A program made the translations under genes and the position numbers. Shown piece after piece: positions 24,553-36,749 of a stretch of DNA of 64,000 nucleotides. The DNA is from Escherichia coli. Lineage in GTDB: Bacteria > Pseudomonadota > Gammaproteobacteria > Enterobacterales > Enterobacteriaceae. Where the stretch lies: NCBI RefSeq assembly GCF_013122565.1, contig NZ_CP053258.1; one strand, given 5' to 3'. The number at the start of each line of letters is the position of its first letter. Position 1 is the first letter of the stretch. The notes below the pieces were generated by a model. It had not been told where the DNA came from. It saw only the letters and a program-made list of their open reading frames with translations, and searched no databases.

Positions 24553-24642
24553 AATTCTTTCTTCTTGAGTAAGCGGCATCGCGCCGCGCTTGTTGAAAAC
24601 GAAAAATTGCGGCTATTTTACCCATCAACGGGGGGGAGGCAA

Positions 24643-25320
24643 TCAGTGTTTACACAGGAGCTGCTCCAGTTCGTGCAACGAAGAAACGGTCCAGGTGGGC
24701 GCGATGCCTTCTGGTTGCTCGCGATTGTGCGCATTCAGCCAGCAGGTCGCAAGCCCGGCGTTGATGCCACCGAGAATATCGGACTCGGCAGTGTCGCCAA
24801 CCATCAGCACGCGTGAACGGTCAGGATTGCCCGCCTGTTCCAGCGCATAATCGAAAATTTTCTTATTCGGTTTAGCAACGCCAACTTCTTCGGAAATCAC
24901 CAGCAAATCGAAATAATCACGCAGGCCCGTGCGTTCCAGACGCACTTGCTGCAAGGCGCTAAAGCCGTTGGTGATGATGCCAATTTTAGCGTTGCCACGA
25001 ATGGCGTTAAGCAGAGAAACCGCGCCCGGCAGCGGCGTACAGATTTCCGCCATCGCATTAATAAAGGCTTCGTTGAGTTTACCCGGCTCGACGTTCAGCC
25101 GTTCGGCCCAGCTCTCAAACCGCCCGTGCTGAAGCTGTAATGAAGTGATCGCGCCGTTTTGATAATCCACCCACAGTGGCTTGTTAACGGCCTGATAGTC
25201 CTGAAAATCTTCAGCGGTAAAGGTGACGCTGTAATCAAGAAACATCCGCTGCAGGCCGGTGAATGAGTCAAAGGTAAACAGCGTTTCATCGGCATCAAAG
25301 AAAATCCAGTCCCACTTCAT
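24643..25320 (-). CDS. yjjG: HAD-family pyrimidine 5'-nucleotidase YjjG
   Basis: [18 protein letters not shown] motif I; synteny. Confidence 0.9.
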   Translation of the reverse strand: MKWDWIFFDADETLFTFDSFTGLQRMFLDYSVTFTAEDFQDYQAVNKPLWVDYQNGAITSLQLQHGRFESWAERLNVEPGKLNEAFINAMAEICTPLPGAVSLLNAIRGNAKIGIITNGFSALQQVRLERTGLRDYFDLLVISEEVGVAKPNKKIFDYALEQAGNPDRSRVLMVGDTAESDILGGINAGLATCWLNAHNREQPEGIAPTWTVSSLHELEQLLCKH

Positions 25321-25334
25321 TATTCCACCTTGTA

Positions 25335-25781
25335 TTACATACTGATTGGCAACGCCATGATGATGGCGTCTTCGCGACCGTCCGTGGTGGGGTAGTAATT
25401 GCGGCGAATTGTCGCCTCGTTAAAGCCTAAACTTTCGTACAGGGCAATGGCGGCAGCATTTGAGGCACGGACTTCCAGCCATAGCGTCGCCACGCCGCGT
25501 TTTTCCAGTTCGTCGATCAGATGTTCCAGCAGCGCCCTTCCCAATCCCTGACGCTGATAGTCAGGATCGACCGCAATATTGAACAATGTAGCTTCATCCA
25601 GCACCACTTGCGTAATCGCAAACGCCGCCATTTTGCCGTTTTGCGTTAACTGAAAGTTGAGATAACGCTCGCCCTGGTTGCTGGCAAAGGTTTTTTCACT
25701 CCACGGAAAGGCGTGGGCGCGTTGTTCAATGTGGTAAGCCGCTGGTAAATCAGTCGTTTCGAGGGAAGAAATCGTGTTCAT
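25335..25781 (-). CDS. rimI: Ribosomal protein S18 alanine N-acetyltransferase RimI
   Basis: GNAT motif [17 protein letters not shown]; 148 aa; synteny. Confidence 0.9.
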   Translation of the reverse strand: MNTISSLETTDLPAAYHIEQRAHAFPWSEKTFASNQGERYLNFQLTQNGKMAAFAITQVVLDEATLFNIAVDPDYQRQGLGRALLEHLIDELEKRGVATLWLEVRASNAAAIALYESLGFNEATIRRNYYPTTDGREDAIIMALPISM

Positions 25782-26163
25782 ATGTGCAAATTTGTTGCCA
25801 TAACGCGGCGCGTGCCGTTGGGTTTGCCCGTAATTCGGTGAGCGCCGGTGATGCCACCTGAGCGCCTTCCAGTGATAGCGGTTCGTCAGTACCCAACCGC
25901 CAGCTGTTGCAGCGACTGCCTTGCGGCAGCATCGCGATTTTTTCTGGCGTCAGTTGCAGCACTTGATCGGGGCTGACGGTTAATGCGCGCAGAACATCAC
26001 TCACTAATGGATCGGTCAGGGCGGGAAGATCGTTTGCCACCATCACCAGACGGACGTGTGCCGGGATCGCAATGGCAATCTCCCCCTGCAACGCGCCAGG
26101 GCGACGCAGCGACCACTGGGTAATGCCCAGTTGCTGTAACTGCCAGTCTCGTCGGGATGTCAT
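25750..26163 (-). CDS. holD: DNA polymerase III psi subunit HolD
   Basis: MTSRRDWQLQQLGITQWSLRRPGALQGEIAIAI; 137 aa; overlaps rimI start. Confidence 0.9.
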   Translation of the reverse strand: MTSRRDWQLQQLGITQWSLRRPGALQGEIAIAIPAHVRLVMVANDLPALTDPLVSDVLRALTVSPDQVLQLTPEKIAMLPQGSRCNSWRLGTDEPLSLEGAQVASPALTELRANPTARAALWQQICTYEHDFFPRND

Positions 26164-26265
26164 AGCGAATCGCTCCTGTTGTCAGGGGCGCAAATATAGC
26201 AAATTCGTCGATACCGCGCCAACATATGGCTATAATCGCCGCCAGTATCAATTGAGGAGCATTCC

Positions 26266-27297
26266 ATGTCTGCATTTACCCCGGCAAGTGAAGTCTTGCT
26301 GCGTCACAGTGATGATTTCGAACAAAGCCGTATTCTGTTTGCCGGAGACTTACAGGATGACCTGCCCGCGCGTTTAGATACCGCGGCCAGCCGTGCTCAT
26401 ACCCAGCAATTCCACCACTGGCAGGTGTTAAGCCGCCAGATGGGGGATAACGCCCGTTTTAGTCTGGTCGCCACGGCGGATGATGTCGCAGATTGCGATA
26501 CGCTGATTTACTACTGGCCGAAGAACAAACCGGAAGCCCAGTTCCAGTTGATGAATTTACTTTCTCTGCTGCCAGTGGGGACAGATATTTTTGTCGTTGG
26601 CGAGAACCGCAGCGGCGTGCGCAGCGCCGAGCAGATGCTGGCTGATTATGCGCCGTTGAATAAAGTCGACAGCGCCCGTCGCTGTGGCCTCTATTTTGGT
26701 CGTCTGGAAAAACAGCCGGTATTTGATGCCGATAAATTCTGGGGCGAATACAGCGTCGATGGCCTGACGGTCAAAACGCTGCCTGGCGTGTTTAGCCGCG
26801 ACGGTCTGGATGTCGGTAGTCAGTTGCTGCTCTCGACGTTAACCCCGCACACGAAAGGTAAAGTGCTGGATGTCGGCTGTGGCGCGGGCGTGCTTTCGGT
26901 TGCCTTTGCGCGCCATTCGCCGAAAATTCGTCTCACTCTGTGCGATGTCTCTGCCCCGGCGGTAGAAGCCAGCCGCGCAACACTTGCGGCCAACGGTGTT
27001 GAAGGTGAAGTCTTTGCCAGCAACGTCTTTTCCGAGGTGAAAGGTCGTTTTGATATGATCATCTCCAACCCGCCGTTCCACGATGGGATGCAAACCAGCC
27101 TCGATGCGGCGCAAACGCTGATTCGCGGCGCGGTGCGTCATCTTAATAGCGGCGGCGAGCTGCGAATTGTAGCGAACGCCTTCCTGCCTTACCCGGACGT
27201 GCTGGATGAGACATTTGGCTTCCATGAAGTTATCGCGCAAACCGGGCGCTTCAAGGTGTATCGCGCCATTATGACCCGCCAGGCGAAGAAAGGTTAA
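26266..27297 (+). CDS. rsmC: 16S rRNA m2G1207 methyltransferase RsmC
   Basis: SAM-binding [11 protein letters not shown] and NPPFH motif; 343 aa. Confidence 0.9.
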   Translation: MSAFTPASEVLLRHSDDFEQSRILFAGDLQDDLPARLDTAASRAHTQQFHHWQVLSRQMGDNARFSLVATADDVADCDTLIYYWPKNKPEAQFQLMNLLSLLPVGTDIFVVGENRSGVRSAEQMLADYAPLNKVDSARRCGLYFGRLEKQPVFDADKFWGEYSVDGLTVKTLPGVFSRDGLDVGSQLLLSTLTPHTKGKVLDVGCGAGVLSVAFARHSPKIRLTLCDVSAPAVEASRATLAANGVEGEVFASNVFSEVKGRFDMIISNPPFHDGMQTSLDAAQTLIRGAVRHLNSGGELRIVANAFLPYPDVLDETFGFHEVIAQTGRFKVYRAIMTRQAKKG

Positions 27298-27299
27298 TT

Positions 27300-27480
<181 letters not shown>

Positions 27481-27528
27481 CCTGATGGACATTTTTCCAG
27501 CAATTACACATCAGGCGATAATTAACTA

Positions 27529-27556
27529 TTGACGAAAAGCTGAAAACCACTAGAAT
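27529..27556 (+). promoter_or_regulatory. Sigma70 promoter of the tRNA-Leu gene (TTGACG-N16-TAGAAT with GC-rich discriminator)
   Basis: -35 TTGACG and -10 TAGAAT followed by gcgcctccg discriminator, about 40 bp upstream of the tRNA 5' end. Confidence 0.6.
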
Positions 27557-27597
27557 GCGCCTCCGTGGTAGCAATTCTTTTTAAGAATTGATGGTAT

Positions 27598-27684
27598 GCG
27601 AAGGTGGCGGAATTGGTAGACGCGCTAGCTTCAGGTGTTAGTGTCCTTACGGACGTGGGGGTTCAAGTCCCCCCCCTCGCACCA
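27598..27684 (+). tRNA. leuQ: tRNA-Leu (anticodon CAG), single copy
   Basis: GCGAAGGTGGCGGAATTGGTAGACGCGCTAGCTTCAGGTG...GGTTCAAGTCCCCCCCCTCGCACCA; long variable arm, CCA end encoded. Confidence 0.9.
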
Positions 27685-27722
27685 ATTATCTTTACTTCCT
27701 TTCTTGTTTCTTCCTTGATTTT

Positions 27723-27959
27723 TCATCCCTGATTCAAATTCATTAGCATCAGCATGATGCCAGCACTAAGCGCCAGGCACGATGGTAGCAAAACGTAATG
27801 CCGTAACTGTTTGTGATACAGCATCACCGGCGTCAATATCAATCCCATCAGAATGACAATCCGCCACTGATCCGGCGATAAATCCGCATACATCAGCCCT
27901 GCAATCAGCAATCCCGGCAGCAACACTCCCCAGCCACTGCCCAGCGTACGTTGCAACAT
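27723..27959 (-). CDS. yjjZ: Small membrane protein YjjZ, 78 aa
   Basis: MLQRTLGSGWGVLLPGLLIAGLMYADLSPDQW... Confidence 0.6.
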   Translation of the reverse strand: MLQRTLGSGWGVLLPGLLIAGLMYADLSPDQWRIVILMGLILTPVMLYHKQLRHYVLLPSCLALSAGIMLMLMNLNQG

Positions 27960-28099
27960 GGTTTCATCTCTTTCATTGATAATGATAACCAATATCATAT
28001 GATAATTTTTATCATTTGCAAGCCAGAGAAATCCCTTGCTATCGGGTAAACCTATCGCTAGGATTAGCAATCATTATCATTTAGATTATTATCACGATT

Positions 28100-28888
28100 A
28101 TGGCCTATCGTTCCGCACCGCTCTATGAAGATATCATCTGGCGAACGCATCTCCAGCCACAGGATGCTGGGCTTGCACAAGCCGTACGTGCGACGATCGC
28201 CGAACATCGTGAACATTTGCTCGAGTTTATCCGCCTGGATGAACCCGCTCCGCTTAACGCCATGACGCTGGCGCAATGGTCATCACCGAATGCGCTAAGT
28301 TCTCTACTCGCGGTCTATTCCGATCATATCTATCGCAACCAACCAACGATGATCCGCGAGAACAAACCGCTGATCTCACTATGGGCACAATGGTATATCG
28401 GCCTGATGGTGCCACCATTAATGCTGGCGCTACTGACGCAGGAAAAAGCATTAGATGTATCGCCGGAACATTTCCATGCTGAGTTTCACGAAACCGGACG
28501 CGTCGCCTGTTTCTGGGTCGATGTGTGTGAAGATAAAAACGCAACACCACATTCGCCGCAGCAGCGAATGGAAACGTTAATCAGCCAGGCGCTGGTTCCG
28601 GTTGTGCAGGCACTAGAAGCGACCGGAGAGATCAACGGCAAACTTATCTGGAGTAATACCGGTTATTTGATCAACTGGTATCTCACTGAGATGAAGCAAC
28701 TGCTCGGCGAGGCGACGGTTGAATCGCTGCGCCATGCCCTCTTTTTTGAGAAAACGCTTACTACCGGTGAAGATAATCCACTCTGGCGTACCGTGGTGCT
28801 ACGCGACGGCCTGCTGGTGCGCCGCACTTGCTGCCAGCGTTATCGCTTACCGGATGTGCAGCAATGTGGCGATTGTACGCTGAAATGA
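28100..28888 (+). CDS. fhuF: Ferric-siderophore reductase FhuF (2Fe-2S, C-terminal C-C-x10-C-x2-C)
   Basis: 262 aa; C-terminal RTCCQRYRLPDVQQCGDCTLK. Confidence 0.9.
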   Translation: MAYRSAPLYEDIIWRTHLQPQDAGLAQAVRATIAEHREHLLEFIRLDEPAPLNAMTLAQWSSPNALSSLLAVYSDHIYRNQPTMIRENKPLISLWAQWYIGLMVPPLMLALLTQEKALDVSPEHFHAEFHETGRVACFWVDVCEDKNATPHSPQQRMETLISQALVPVVQALEATGEINGKLIWSNTGYLINWYLTEMKQLLGEATVESLRHALFFEKTLTTGEDNPLWRTVVLRDGLLVRRTCCQRYRLPDVQQCGDCTLK

Positions 28889-28925
28889 AAGCACTGCCGG
28901 GGAAGTAAACCCGGCATCATGCGGA

Positions 28926-29603
28926 TTAATAGGGATGCAACACATTACTTGTTTCGCAATGCCGCATACATAATAGAATATCTGCGGCCTCCAACAACCC
29001 TGCGTCAGAACTTACGCCCAGTTTCGACATCACATTAAATTTATGTGCACGGATCGTTTTGATATTGCGTTTAAGCTGCTCGGCAATTTGTGTCATTGAG
29101 TAGCCACGCGACATAAAACGCAATATTTCTCTCTCCGTCGGGCTTAACGTCCGGCTTTGGTTAATGTACCACTGATTGTTTAGTCGGTCGGTCGCCTGAC
29201 GTACACCATTTAATGACAAAAAGAGTTCCTGATGAAAAATCTCCAGCGTTGACGCTTTACTTAATACACCGTCCAGCGGTGATGGCGACAATGAACCAAT
29301 CAGCCGAGCTTCAATATCATCATCCGCAATAACTAAACGCCGGGTACGCGGAAACTTAATCGCCAGTTCAGTCAGGCAAGATAATCCCTCTCTGCGCTCA
29401 CTTCTCATGGCAGAAAAAGAAAAAATGACCGCCGCAAACGAGATCCGCGACATGGCATCCTGAAATGACTCCTGACTGGTATAGGTATGGAGCTTATAAG
29501 GGTTACCCGCAAACTTTCTGAATAAACTCTCAATACCGATACTACTCATGACGCATTTTTCTATGAGTGCGACATTTCTCTTCTTAATTCGGCTGTGTTC
29601 CAT
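28926..29603 (-). CDS. bglJ: LuxR-family transcriptional activator BglJ
   Basis: C-terminal LuxR HTH ([25 protein letters not shown]); 225 aa. Confidence 0.9.
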   Translation of the reverse strand: MEHSRIKKRNVALIEKCVMSSIGIESLFRKFAGNPYKLHTYTSQESFQDAMSRISFAAVIFSFSAMRSERREGLSCLTELAIKFPRTRRLVIADDDIEARLIGSLSPSPLDGVLSKASTLEIFHQELFLSLNGVRQATDRLNNQWYINQSRTLSPTEREILRFMSRGYSMTQIAEQLKRNIKTIRAHKFNVMSKLGVSSDAGLLEAADILLCMRHCETSNVLHPY

Positions 29604-30286
29604 TCTGCGGCATCTCCATAAACAGAAGGCAAGTTAAGTTCTCTTGCACCCTGCGCGCTATTTATCCATGCATACATTTCAGCGTTGCTGTGAATTGCCA
29701 GTCGACGCATCGCACTGTTTTTTTGGGCGCTGATAGTTTTATTACTTTTCTTAAGCAATGAAGCTATCTGGTTGATGCCCCATCCTTTACCTAATAGCCG
29801 CAGTACCTTGCGCTCTGAAAGAGTGAGAATGACGGAGCGATAGCTAAAATCATGAGTTTCAGTCATTGCCGGGGAGGTCAGCATAGCGCTGATACGCTCT
29901 GCGTGCGTATTGCCGGAACGTACGGTCTTGACCAGATTCTCAATGGGTTCAACATCAGACAATAACGTCGCCGTAGGGCACATGAGCAGTTCTACTGCCT
30001 GGGAATACCAGGAACGTGACACCATGAAAACCCAGTGAATTTCCCGATATTGTGAGATTAAAGAATAATAATGTTCACAAACAGAACGTGGATCTTCACT
30101 TTCACCGGCTAAATCAGCAATGACTAGTACAGAACGACGTAATTGTAATAAGGTAAGGTCCTCCGCAGAGGCGCTGGATATTATTTCATATTCAGGGAAG
30201 TGAGTCCTCATGACCTCTTTTAACCCTGCTTGCATAACAGGTATTTTACTGATAACAATTCCATTTTTGCAGCATCCTGGCAACAT
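29561..30286 (-). CDS. yjjQ: LuxR-family transcriptional regulator YjjQ
   Basis: C-terminal LuxR HTH ([23 protein letters not shown]); overlaps bglJ start. Confidence 0.9.
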   Translation of the reverse strand: MLPGCCKNGIVISKIPVMQAGLKEVMRTHFPEYEIISSASAEDLTLLQLRRSVLVIADLAGESEDPRSVCEHYYSLISQYREIHWVFMVSRSWYSQAVELLMCPTATLLSDVEPIENLVKTVRSGNTHAERISAMLTSPAMTETHDFSYRSVILTLSERKVLRLLGKGWGINQIASLLKKSNKTISAQKNSAMRRLAIHSNAEMYAWINSAQGARELNLPSVYGDAAEWNTAELRREMSHS

Positions 30287-30840
30287 ATTTCCTCCACATC
30301 CACTGTCTAAAAATCATGATGGTTTATTCAGGATATTCATTCCTTAAATGTTTCCAGCAAATTAATAGATTAAGCGAATAAATTATCCTTAGCATTCACT
30401 TTCATATCAGCATACTCCTGCTGCACAACAACTCCACTGCATGTGTCAGAAGGTTAGCATCAAATGATAACCTGGTGAAATAGCCTGGAGACATTTAAAA
30501 TATCTACATTATGTTGTTAGAAATACTTAATGAAAAATAGAAATTCCATTCATTTAATTTATAATAAACAATATCCTTTCCCGCAGAATGCGGAATCACA
30601 CAATCAATATTTATTCAATAAAATCTGATAGTTTTAACTTGTTAACATTAAAAAACGCGCCCAGTTATCTATTATCCTGATTCGTAAAGGCTAAATAATG
30701 AATTCATTATAGTGATAATATTCATGTGATAGTTTGTTTGCGGCGAGAGATAATTCGCTTTTTATCACCGTGCTTCTCCCGATAACCAGGATTAATCAGC
30801 GCAATTTTGATCTTAACCTACCGCAAAACAACCGTGCTTC
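30287..30840. promoter_or_regulatory. AT-rich divergent control region of yjjQ-bglJ and yjjP (H-NS-silenced type)
   Basis: About 550 bp of strongly AT-rich sequence upstream of yjjQ; H-NS silencing/LeuO activation is established for this locus in K-12. Confidence 0.5.
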
Positions 30841-30903
30841 ATGATACAAATAGATTCTCATTATCTGAACTATACGCAACACGTCTATGACAAAGGGCGA
30901 GTT

Positions 30904-31674
30904 ATGCAAACTGAGCAACAGCGAGCCGTAACACGGCTTTGTATCCAGTGTGGATTATTTCTTTTGCAACATGGTGCGGAAAGCGCATTGGTGGATGAGC
31001 TTTCCTCACGACTGGGTCGGGCGCTGGGAATGGACAGCGTCGAAAGTTCTATCTCTTCGAACGCCATAGTGCTGACAACCATTAAAGATGGGCAATGCCT
31101 GACATCGACACGAAAAAATCAAGATCGCGGCATTAATATGCATGTGGTGACTGAAGTCCAGCACATTGTGATTCTGGCGGAGCACCATCTGCTGGATTAC
31201 AAAGGCGTAGAGAAACGATTTAGCCAAATTCAGCCATTACGTTACCCAAGATGGCTGGTAGCTTTAATGGTTGGCCTTTCTTGCGCCTGTTTCTGTAAAC
31301 TCAATAAAGGTGGCTGGGATGGTGCCGTCATCACCTTCTTTGCCAGTACGGCCGCGATGTATATCCGCCAGCTACTGGCACAACGTCATCTTCATCCACA
31401 GATCAACTTTTGCCTCACCGCTTTCGCCGCCACCACCATTTCCGGTTTGCTTTTGCAACTTCCCACTTTCAGCAATACCCCCACCATTGCGATGGCCGCC
31501 AGCGTTCTGCTGCTGGTGCCGGGCTTTCCGTTGATTAATGCCGTCGCCGATATGTTTAAAGGCCACATCAATACCGGACTGGCTCGCTGGGCGATCGCCA
31601 GTCTGCTGACACTGGCTACCTGCGTCGGCGTAGTGATGGCACTGACGATTTGGGGGCTACGCGGATGGGTGTGA
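30904..31674 (+). CDS. yjjP: ThrE-family inner membrane protein YjjP
   Basis: Internal ATG giving 256 aa ([12 protein letters not shown]...); ORF track extends to 30841. Confidence 0.8.
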
Positions 31675-32138
31675 TCGAATTTCTGTTAGCGTTGGCGCAG
31701 GATATGATCCTCGCCGCCATTCCTGCGGTCGGCTTTGCGATGGTGTTCAACGTTCCCGTGCGGGCGTTACGCTGGTGTGCGCTGCTTGGCTCGATAGGTC
31801 ATGGTTCCCGAATGATCTTAATGACCAGCGGGCTGAATATTGAGTGGTCAACTTTTATGGCTTCTATGCTGGTCGGCACCATTGGTATTCAATGGTCGCG
31901 CTGGTATCTGGCGCATCCGAAAGTGTTTACCGTGGCGGCCGTTATCCCCATGTTTCCGGGCATATCGGCTTATACCGCAATGATTTCAGCGGTAAAAATC
32001 AGCCAGCTAGGTTACAGCGAACCGTTGATGATTACCCTGTTAACCAACTTTCTTACAGCTTCATCGATTGTTGGTGCGTTATCCATCGGTCTTTCCATTC
32101 CTGGATTATGGTTGTACCGCAAGCGCCCTCGCGTATAA
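31665..32138 (+). CDS. yjjB: Inner membrane protein YjjB
   Basis: [31 protein letters not shown]; overlaps yjjP 3' end. Confidence 0.8.
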
Positions 32139-32245
32139 AATTGCCTCGCTTAAAGCACGCGGATGAGAGACAGCCTCCTCTCCTCCGTGTGTTACTATAA
32201 AAGTTATCTCCCTTCTCGTTCATCGTTCCATATTTGAGAAACAGT

Positions 32246-32785
32246 ATGTCTTCCAGAGTTTTGACCCCGGACGTCGTTGGTATTGACGCCTTGGTACACG
32301 ATCACCAAACCGTTCTGGCAAAAGCTGAAGGCGGTGTGGTTGCCGTATTTGCTAACAATGCCCCGGCGTTTTATGCCGTCACGCCTGCACGCCTGGCTGA
32401 ACTGCTGGCGCTGGAAGAAAAGCTGGCGCGTCCGGGAAGCGATGTCGCTCTGGACGATCAACTCTATCAGGAACCGCAAGCTGCTCCCGTTGCTGTACCC
32501 ATGGGGAAATTCGCCATGTATCCGGACTGGCAACCCGATGCCGACTTTATCCGCCTGGCGGCGCTATGGGGCGTGGCACTAAGAGAGCCGGTGACCCCCG
32601 AAGAACTGGCCTCATTCATTGCCTACTGGCAGGCGGAAGGTAAAGTCTTTCACCATGTACAGTGGCAACAAAAACTGGCGCGCAGCCTGCAAATCGGTCG
32701 TGCCAGCAACGGCGGACTGCCGAAACGAGATGTGAATACGGTCAGCGAACCTGACAGCCAAATTCCACCAGGATTCAGAGGGTAA
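32246..32785 (+). CDS. dnaT: Primosomal protein DnaT, 179 aa
   Basis: [30 protein letters not shown]. Confidence 0.9.
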   Translation: MSSRVLTPDVVGIDALVHDHQTVLAKAEGGVVAVFANNAPAFYAVTPARLAELLALEEKLARPGSDVALDDQLYQEPQAAPVAVPMGKFAMYPDWQPDADFIRLAALWGVALREPVTPEELASFIAYWQAEGKVFHHVQWQQKLARSLQIGRASNGGLPKRDVNTVSEPDSQIPPGFRG

Positions 32786-32787
32786 CG

Positions 32788-33525
32788 ATGAAAAACGTTG
32801 GCGACCTGATGCAACGCCTGCAAAAAATGATGCCTGCCCATATCAAACCTGCATTCAAAACGGGTGAAGAACTACTGGCCTGGCAGAAAGAACAAGGGGC
32901 GATCCGCTCCGCCGCTCTCGAACGTGAAAATCGGGCGATGAAAATGCAGCGCACCTTTAACCGCTCCGGTATTCGTCCACTGCATCAGAACTGCTCCTTT
33001 GAGAACTATCGCGTTGAGTGTGAAGGGCAGATGAATGCGTTAAGCAAAGCGCGCCAGTATGTCGAAGAGTTTGACGGCAACATCGCCAGCTTCATCTTTT
33101 CTGGTAAGCCAGGAACCGGCAAAAACCATCTGGCGGCGGCAATCTGCAACGCGCTGCTGCTACGCGGTAAATCCGTATTGATTATCACCGTGGCCGATAT
33201 TATGTCGGCGATGAAAGATACCTTCAGGAATAGCGGTACCAGCGAAGAACAACTGCTTAACGATCTGAGCAATGTTGATCTGCTGGTGATCGATGAGATC
33301 GGCGTGCAAACCGAATCGAAATACGAAAAAGTGATCATTAACCAGATCGTCGATCGCCGCTCTTCTTCCAAACGCCCAACCGGGATGCTGACCAACAGTA
33401 ATATGGAAGAGATGACCAAGTTGCTGGGCGAACGCGTGATGGACCGTATGCGCCTGGGTAACAGTTTGTGGGTGATCTTCAACTGGGATAGCTACCGTAG
33501 CCGGGTAACGGGTAAAGAGTATTAA
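32788..33525 (+). CDS. dnaC: Helicase loader DnaC, 245 aa
   Basis: Walker A GKPGTGKNHLAAAI, Walker B LLVIDEIG. Confidence 0.95.
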   Translation: MKNVGDLMQRLQKMMPAHIKPAFKTGEELLAWQKEQGAIRSAALERENRAMKMQRTFNRSGIRPLHQNCSFENYRVECEGQMNALSKARQYVEEFDGNIASFIFSGKPGTGKNHLAAAICNALLLRGKSVLIITVADIMSAMKDTFRNSGTSEEQLLNDLSNVDLLVIDEIGVQTESKYEKVIINQIVDRRSSSKRPTGMLTNSNMEEMTKLLGERVMDRMRLGNSLWVIFNWDSYRSRVTGKEY

Positions 33526-33570
33526 TCCCCGTTTCTGGCGGTATACTGCGACACAATTCCACCTTGAGTA

Positions 33571-34068
33571 ATGATGATGAAAACTATTAAACATCTTCTG
33601 TGCTGTGCCATTGCCGCCAGTGCATTAATTTCTACCGGGGTGCATGCTGCGTCCTGGAAAGATGCGCTCTCCAGCGCCGCCGGCGAACTTAGCAACCAAA
33701 ACAGCACGACACAGGAAGGCGGTTGGTCGCTCGCGTCATTAACTAACTTGCTTAGCAGCGGAAACCAGGCCTTAAGCGCAGATAACATGAACAATGCCGC
33801 AGGCATTCTGCAATACTGCGCGAAGCAAAAGCTGGCGTCGGTAACCGATGCCGAAAACATCAAGAATCAGGTGCTGGAAAAGCTGGGCCTGAACAGTGAA
33901 GAGCAAAAAGAGGACACCAACTACCTGGACGGCATTCAGGGTTTGCTGAAAACCAAAGATGGTCAGCAACTCAATCTGGATAACATCGGAACGACTCCGC
34001 TGGCAGAAAAGGTGAAAACCAAAGCCTGCGATCTGGTGTTAAAGCAGGGGCTGAACTTCATTTCCTGA
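33571..34068 (+). CDS. yjjA: Periplasmic protein YjjA (DUF2501)
   Basis: Signal peptide MMMKTIKHLLCCAIAASALISTGVHA; synteny. Confidence 0.8.
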   Translation: MMMKTIKHLLCCAIAASALISTGVHAASWKDALSSAAGELSNQNSTTQEGGWSLASLTNLLSSGNQALSADNMNNAAGILQYCAKQKLASVTDAENIKNQVLEKLGLNSEEQKEDTNYLDGIQGLLKTKDGQQLNLDNIGTTPLAEKVKTKACDLVLKQGLNFIS

Positions 34069-34321
34069 ACCGTTAAACGCCGCGTTTTAGCTGTTACCCG
34101 GCTGACGCGGCTCTCTCCTGCCCTTTTCCCTGCTCGTGGACGGTTTTACCCCTGTTACACGGGAAGCGACCGCGATCAAAAAAGTCTGTTTATAAACTAA
34201 TTCCTAACAACATCGCATTTTTTTGACACTAGAATTGCAGCAATATAGCGACGCCATTACATTGTGCTTCTCAAAAAGCTTAAACGTTGGCTAAACGGCC
34301 CGGTTTAGTGAGGATCGCCCG

Positions 34322-36613
34322 TTGTCAGAACTACTCTCTTTCGCCCTTTTTCTCGCCTCTGTGCTGATTTACGCATGGAAAGCGGGACGTAACACCTGGT
34401 GGTTTGCAGCCACGTTAACGGTGCTTGGGCTATTTGTCGTTTTAAATATCACCCTGTTTGCCAGCGACTATTTTACTGGCGATGGTATTAACGACGCGGT
34501 TCTCTATACCTTAACCAACAGCCTGACCGGTGCTGGCGTCAGCAAATACATCCTGCCGGGTATCGGCATTGTGCTGGGGCTGACGGCGGTGTTCGGTGCG
34601 CTGGGCTGGATCCTGCGCCGTCGTCGTCATCATCCGCACCATTTTGGTTACAGCCTGCTGGCGCTCTTACTGGCGCTGGGTTCGGTGGACGCCAGCCCGG
34701 CATTTCGTCAGATAACGGAACTGGTGAAATCCCAGTCACGCGACGGCGACCCGGACTTTGCGGCTTATTATAAAGAGCCGTCGAAAACTATCCCTGACCC
34801 GAAACTCAACCTGGTTTATATCTACGGCGAAAGTCTCGAGCGGACCTATTTTGATAACGAGGCTTTCCCGGATCTCACGCCTGAACTGGGCGCGTTGAAA
34901 AATGAAGGCCTGGATTTCAGCCACACGCAGCAGCTGCCAGGAACGGATTACACGATTGCGGGCATGGTGGCTTCTCAGTGCGGCATACCGCTGTTTGCCC
35001 CCTTTGAAGGCAACGCCTCCGCTTCTGTTTCCAGCTTCTTCCCGCAGAACATCTGTCTGGGCGATATCCTGAAAAACTCGGGTTATCAGAACTATTTCGT
35101 GCAGGGCGCGAATCTGCGTTTTGCCGGTAAAGATGTGTTCCTGAAGTCGCATGGCTTCGACCACTTATATGGCTCAGAAGAGCTGAAAAGTGTGGTGGCC
35201 GACCCGCACTATCGCAACGACTGGGGATTCTACGACGATACCGTTCTCGACGAAGCGTGGAAAAAGTTTGAAGAGCTTTCCCGCTCAGGTCAGCGATTCT
35301 CACTGTTTACCCTGACAGTCGATACCCATCACCCGGATGGTTTTATCTCGCGCACCTGTAACCGCAAAAAATATGATTTTGACGGTAAGCCGAATCAGTC
35401 ATTCAGCGCGGTAAGTTGCAGCCAGGAGAATATCGCGGCGTTTATCAACAAAATCAAAGCGTCACCGTGGTTTAAAGATACTGTCATCGTCGTCTCTTCT
35501 GACCATTTAGCGATGAACAACACGGCGTGGAAATACCTCAATAAGCAGGATCGCAATAACCTGTTTTTTGTCATCCGTGGCGACAAGCCGCAGCAAGAGA
35601 CGCTGGCAGTGAAGCGTAATACGATGGATAACGGCGCGACGGTGCTGGACATTCTCGGTGGCGATAACTATCTCGGACTTGGTCGTAGCAGTTTATCCGG
35701 GCAGTCAATGTCGGAAATCTTCCTCAATATCAAAGAGAAAACATTGGCGTGGAAGCCGGATATCATCCGCCTGTGGAAATTCCCTAAAGAGATGAAAGAG
35801 TTCACCATCGACCAGCAGAAAAACATGATTGCCTTCTCGGGTAGCCATTTCCGTTTGCCGCTGCTGTTGCGGGTTTCAGACAAACGCGTGGAACCGCTGC
35901 CGGAAAGCGAATACTCAGCACCGCTGCGTTTCCAGCTGGCCGATTTCGCTCCACGCGACAATTTCGTCTGGGTTGACCGTTGCTATAAGATGGCACAACT
36001 CTGGGCTCCGGAACTGGCACTTTCCACCGACTGGTGTGTCTCGCAAGGGCAGCTTGGCGGTCAGCAAATTGTCCAGCATGTTGACAAAACAACATGGAAG
36101 GGCAAAACGGCATTTAAAGATACGGTCATCGACATGGCGCGTTACAAAGGCAATGTCGATACGCTGAAGATTGTTGATAACGATATTCGCTACAAAGCCG
36201 ACAGTTTCATCTTCAACGTCGCCGGTGCGCCAGAAGAGGTGAAACAGTTTAGCGGGATTTCCCGTCCGGAGTCGTGGGGCCGCTGGTCCAACGCTCAGCT
36301 GGGCGATGAAGTAAAAATCGAGTACAAGCATCCGCTGCCGAAGAAATTTGACCTGGTGATTACCGCCAAAGCATACGGCAATAACGCCAGCCGTCCTATT
36401 CCGGTACGCGTAGGCAATGAAGAACAAACCCTTGTGCTGGGCAATGAAGTGACCACCACCACGCTGCATTTCGATAACCCAACCGATGCCGACACACTGG
36501 TAATTGTGCCGCCGGAACCTGTCTCAACCAACGAAGGGAATATCCTCGGACACTCGCCGCGTAAGCTCGGGATCGGCATGGTGGAAATTAAAGTGGTAGA
36601 ACGTGAAGGGTAA
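34322..36613 (+). CDS. opgB: Phosphoglycerol transferase I OpgB (MdoB), 763 aa
   Basis: N-terminal TM region plus sulfatase-like domain; exact length and synteny. Confidence 0.95.
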   Translation: MSELLSFALFLASVLIYAWKAGRNTWWFAATLTVLGLFVVLNITLFASDYFTGDGINDAVLYTLTNSLTGAGVSKYILPGIGIVLGLTAVFGALGWILRRRRHHPHHFGYSLLALLLALGSVDASPAFRQITELVKSQSRDGDPDFAAYYKEPSKTIPDPKLNLVYIYGESLERTYFDNEAFPDLTPELGALKNEGLDFSHTQQLPGTDYTIAGMVASQCGIPLFAPFEGNASASVSSFFPQNICLGDILKNSGYQNYFVQGANLRFAGKDVFLKSHGFDHLYGSEELKSVVADPHYRNDWGFYDDTVLDEAWKKFEELSRSGQRFSLFTLTVDTHHPDGFISRTCNRKKYDFDGKPNQSFSAVSCSQENIAAFINKIKASPWFKDTVIVVSSDHLAMNNTAWKYLNKQDRNNLFFVIRGDKPQQETLAVKRNTMDNGATVLDILGGDNYLGLGRSSLSGQSMSEIFLNIKEKTLAWKPDIIRLWKFPKEMKEFTIDQQKNMIAFSGSHFRLPLLLRVSDKRVEPLPESEYSAPLRFQLADFAPRDNFVWVDRCYKMAQLWAPELALSTDWCVSQGQLGGQQIVQHVDKTTWKGKTAFKDTVIDMARYKGNVDTLKIVDNDIRYKADSFIFNVAGAPEEVKQFSGISRPESWGRWSNAQLGDEVKIEYKHPLPKKFDLVITAKAYGNNASRPIPVRVGNEEQTLVLGNEVTTTTLHFDNPTDADTLVIVPPEPVSTNEGNILGHSPRKLGIGMVEIKVVEREG

Positions 36614-36625
36614 TTCCTGACTGAT

Positions 36626-36654
36626 GTGTAGGTCGCATAAGGTGCGACCTACAC
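36626..36654. terminator. Bidirectional terminator hairpin between convergent opgB and lgoD
   Basis: Perfect 12-bp stem gtgtaggtcgca / tgcgacctacac with 5-nt loop. Confidence 0.6.
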
Positions 36655-36749
36655 GCCTTCTCCGGCTTACAACACATTATTAAGAAACAAAAAAACAGCG
36701 CCCAACACTTCCCCGGACGCTGCATGGCAACTTTAATAATCTCGCCTTA

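Noticed and set aside
23326-24816. 496-aa plus-strand ORF antisense to prfC
   Set aside because: Lies entirely within prfC on the opposite strand; typical long shadow ORF in a GC-balanced gene.
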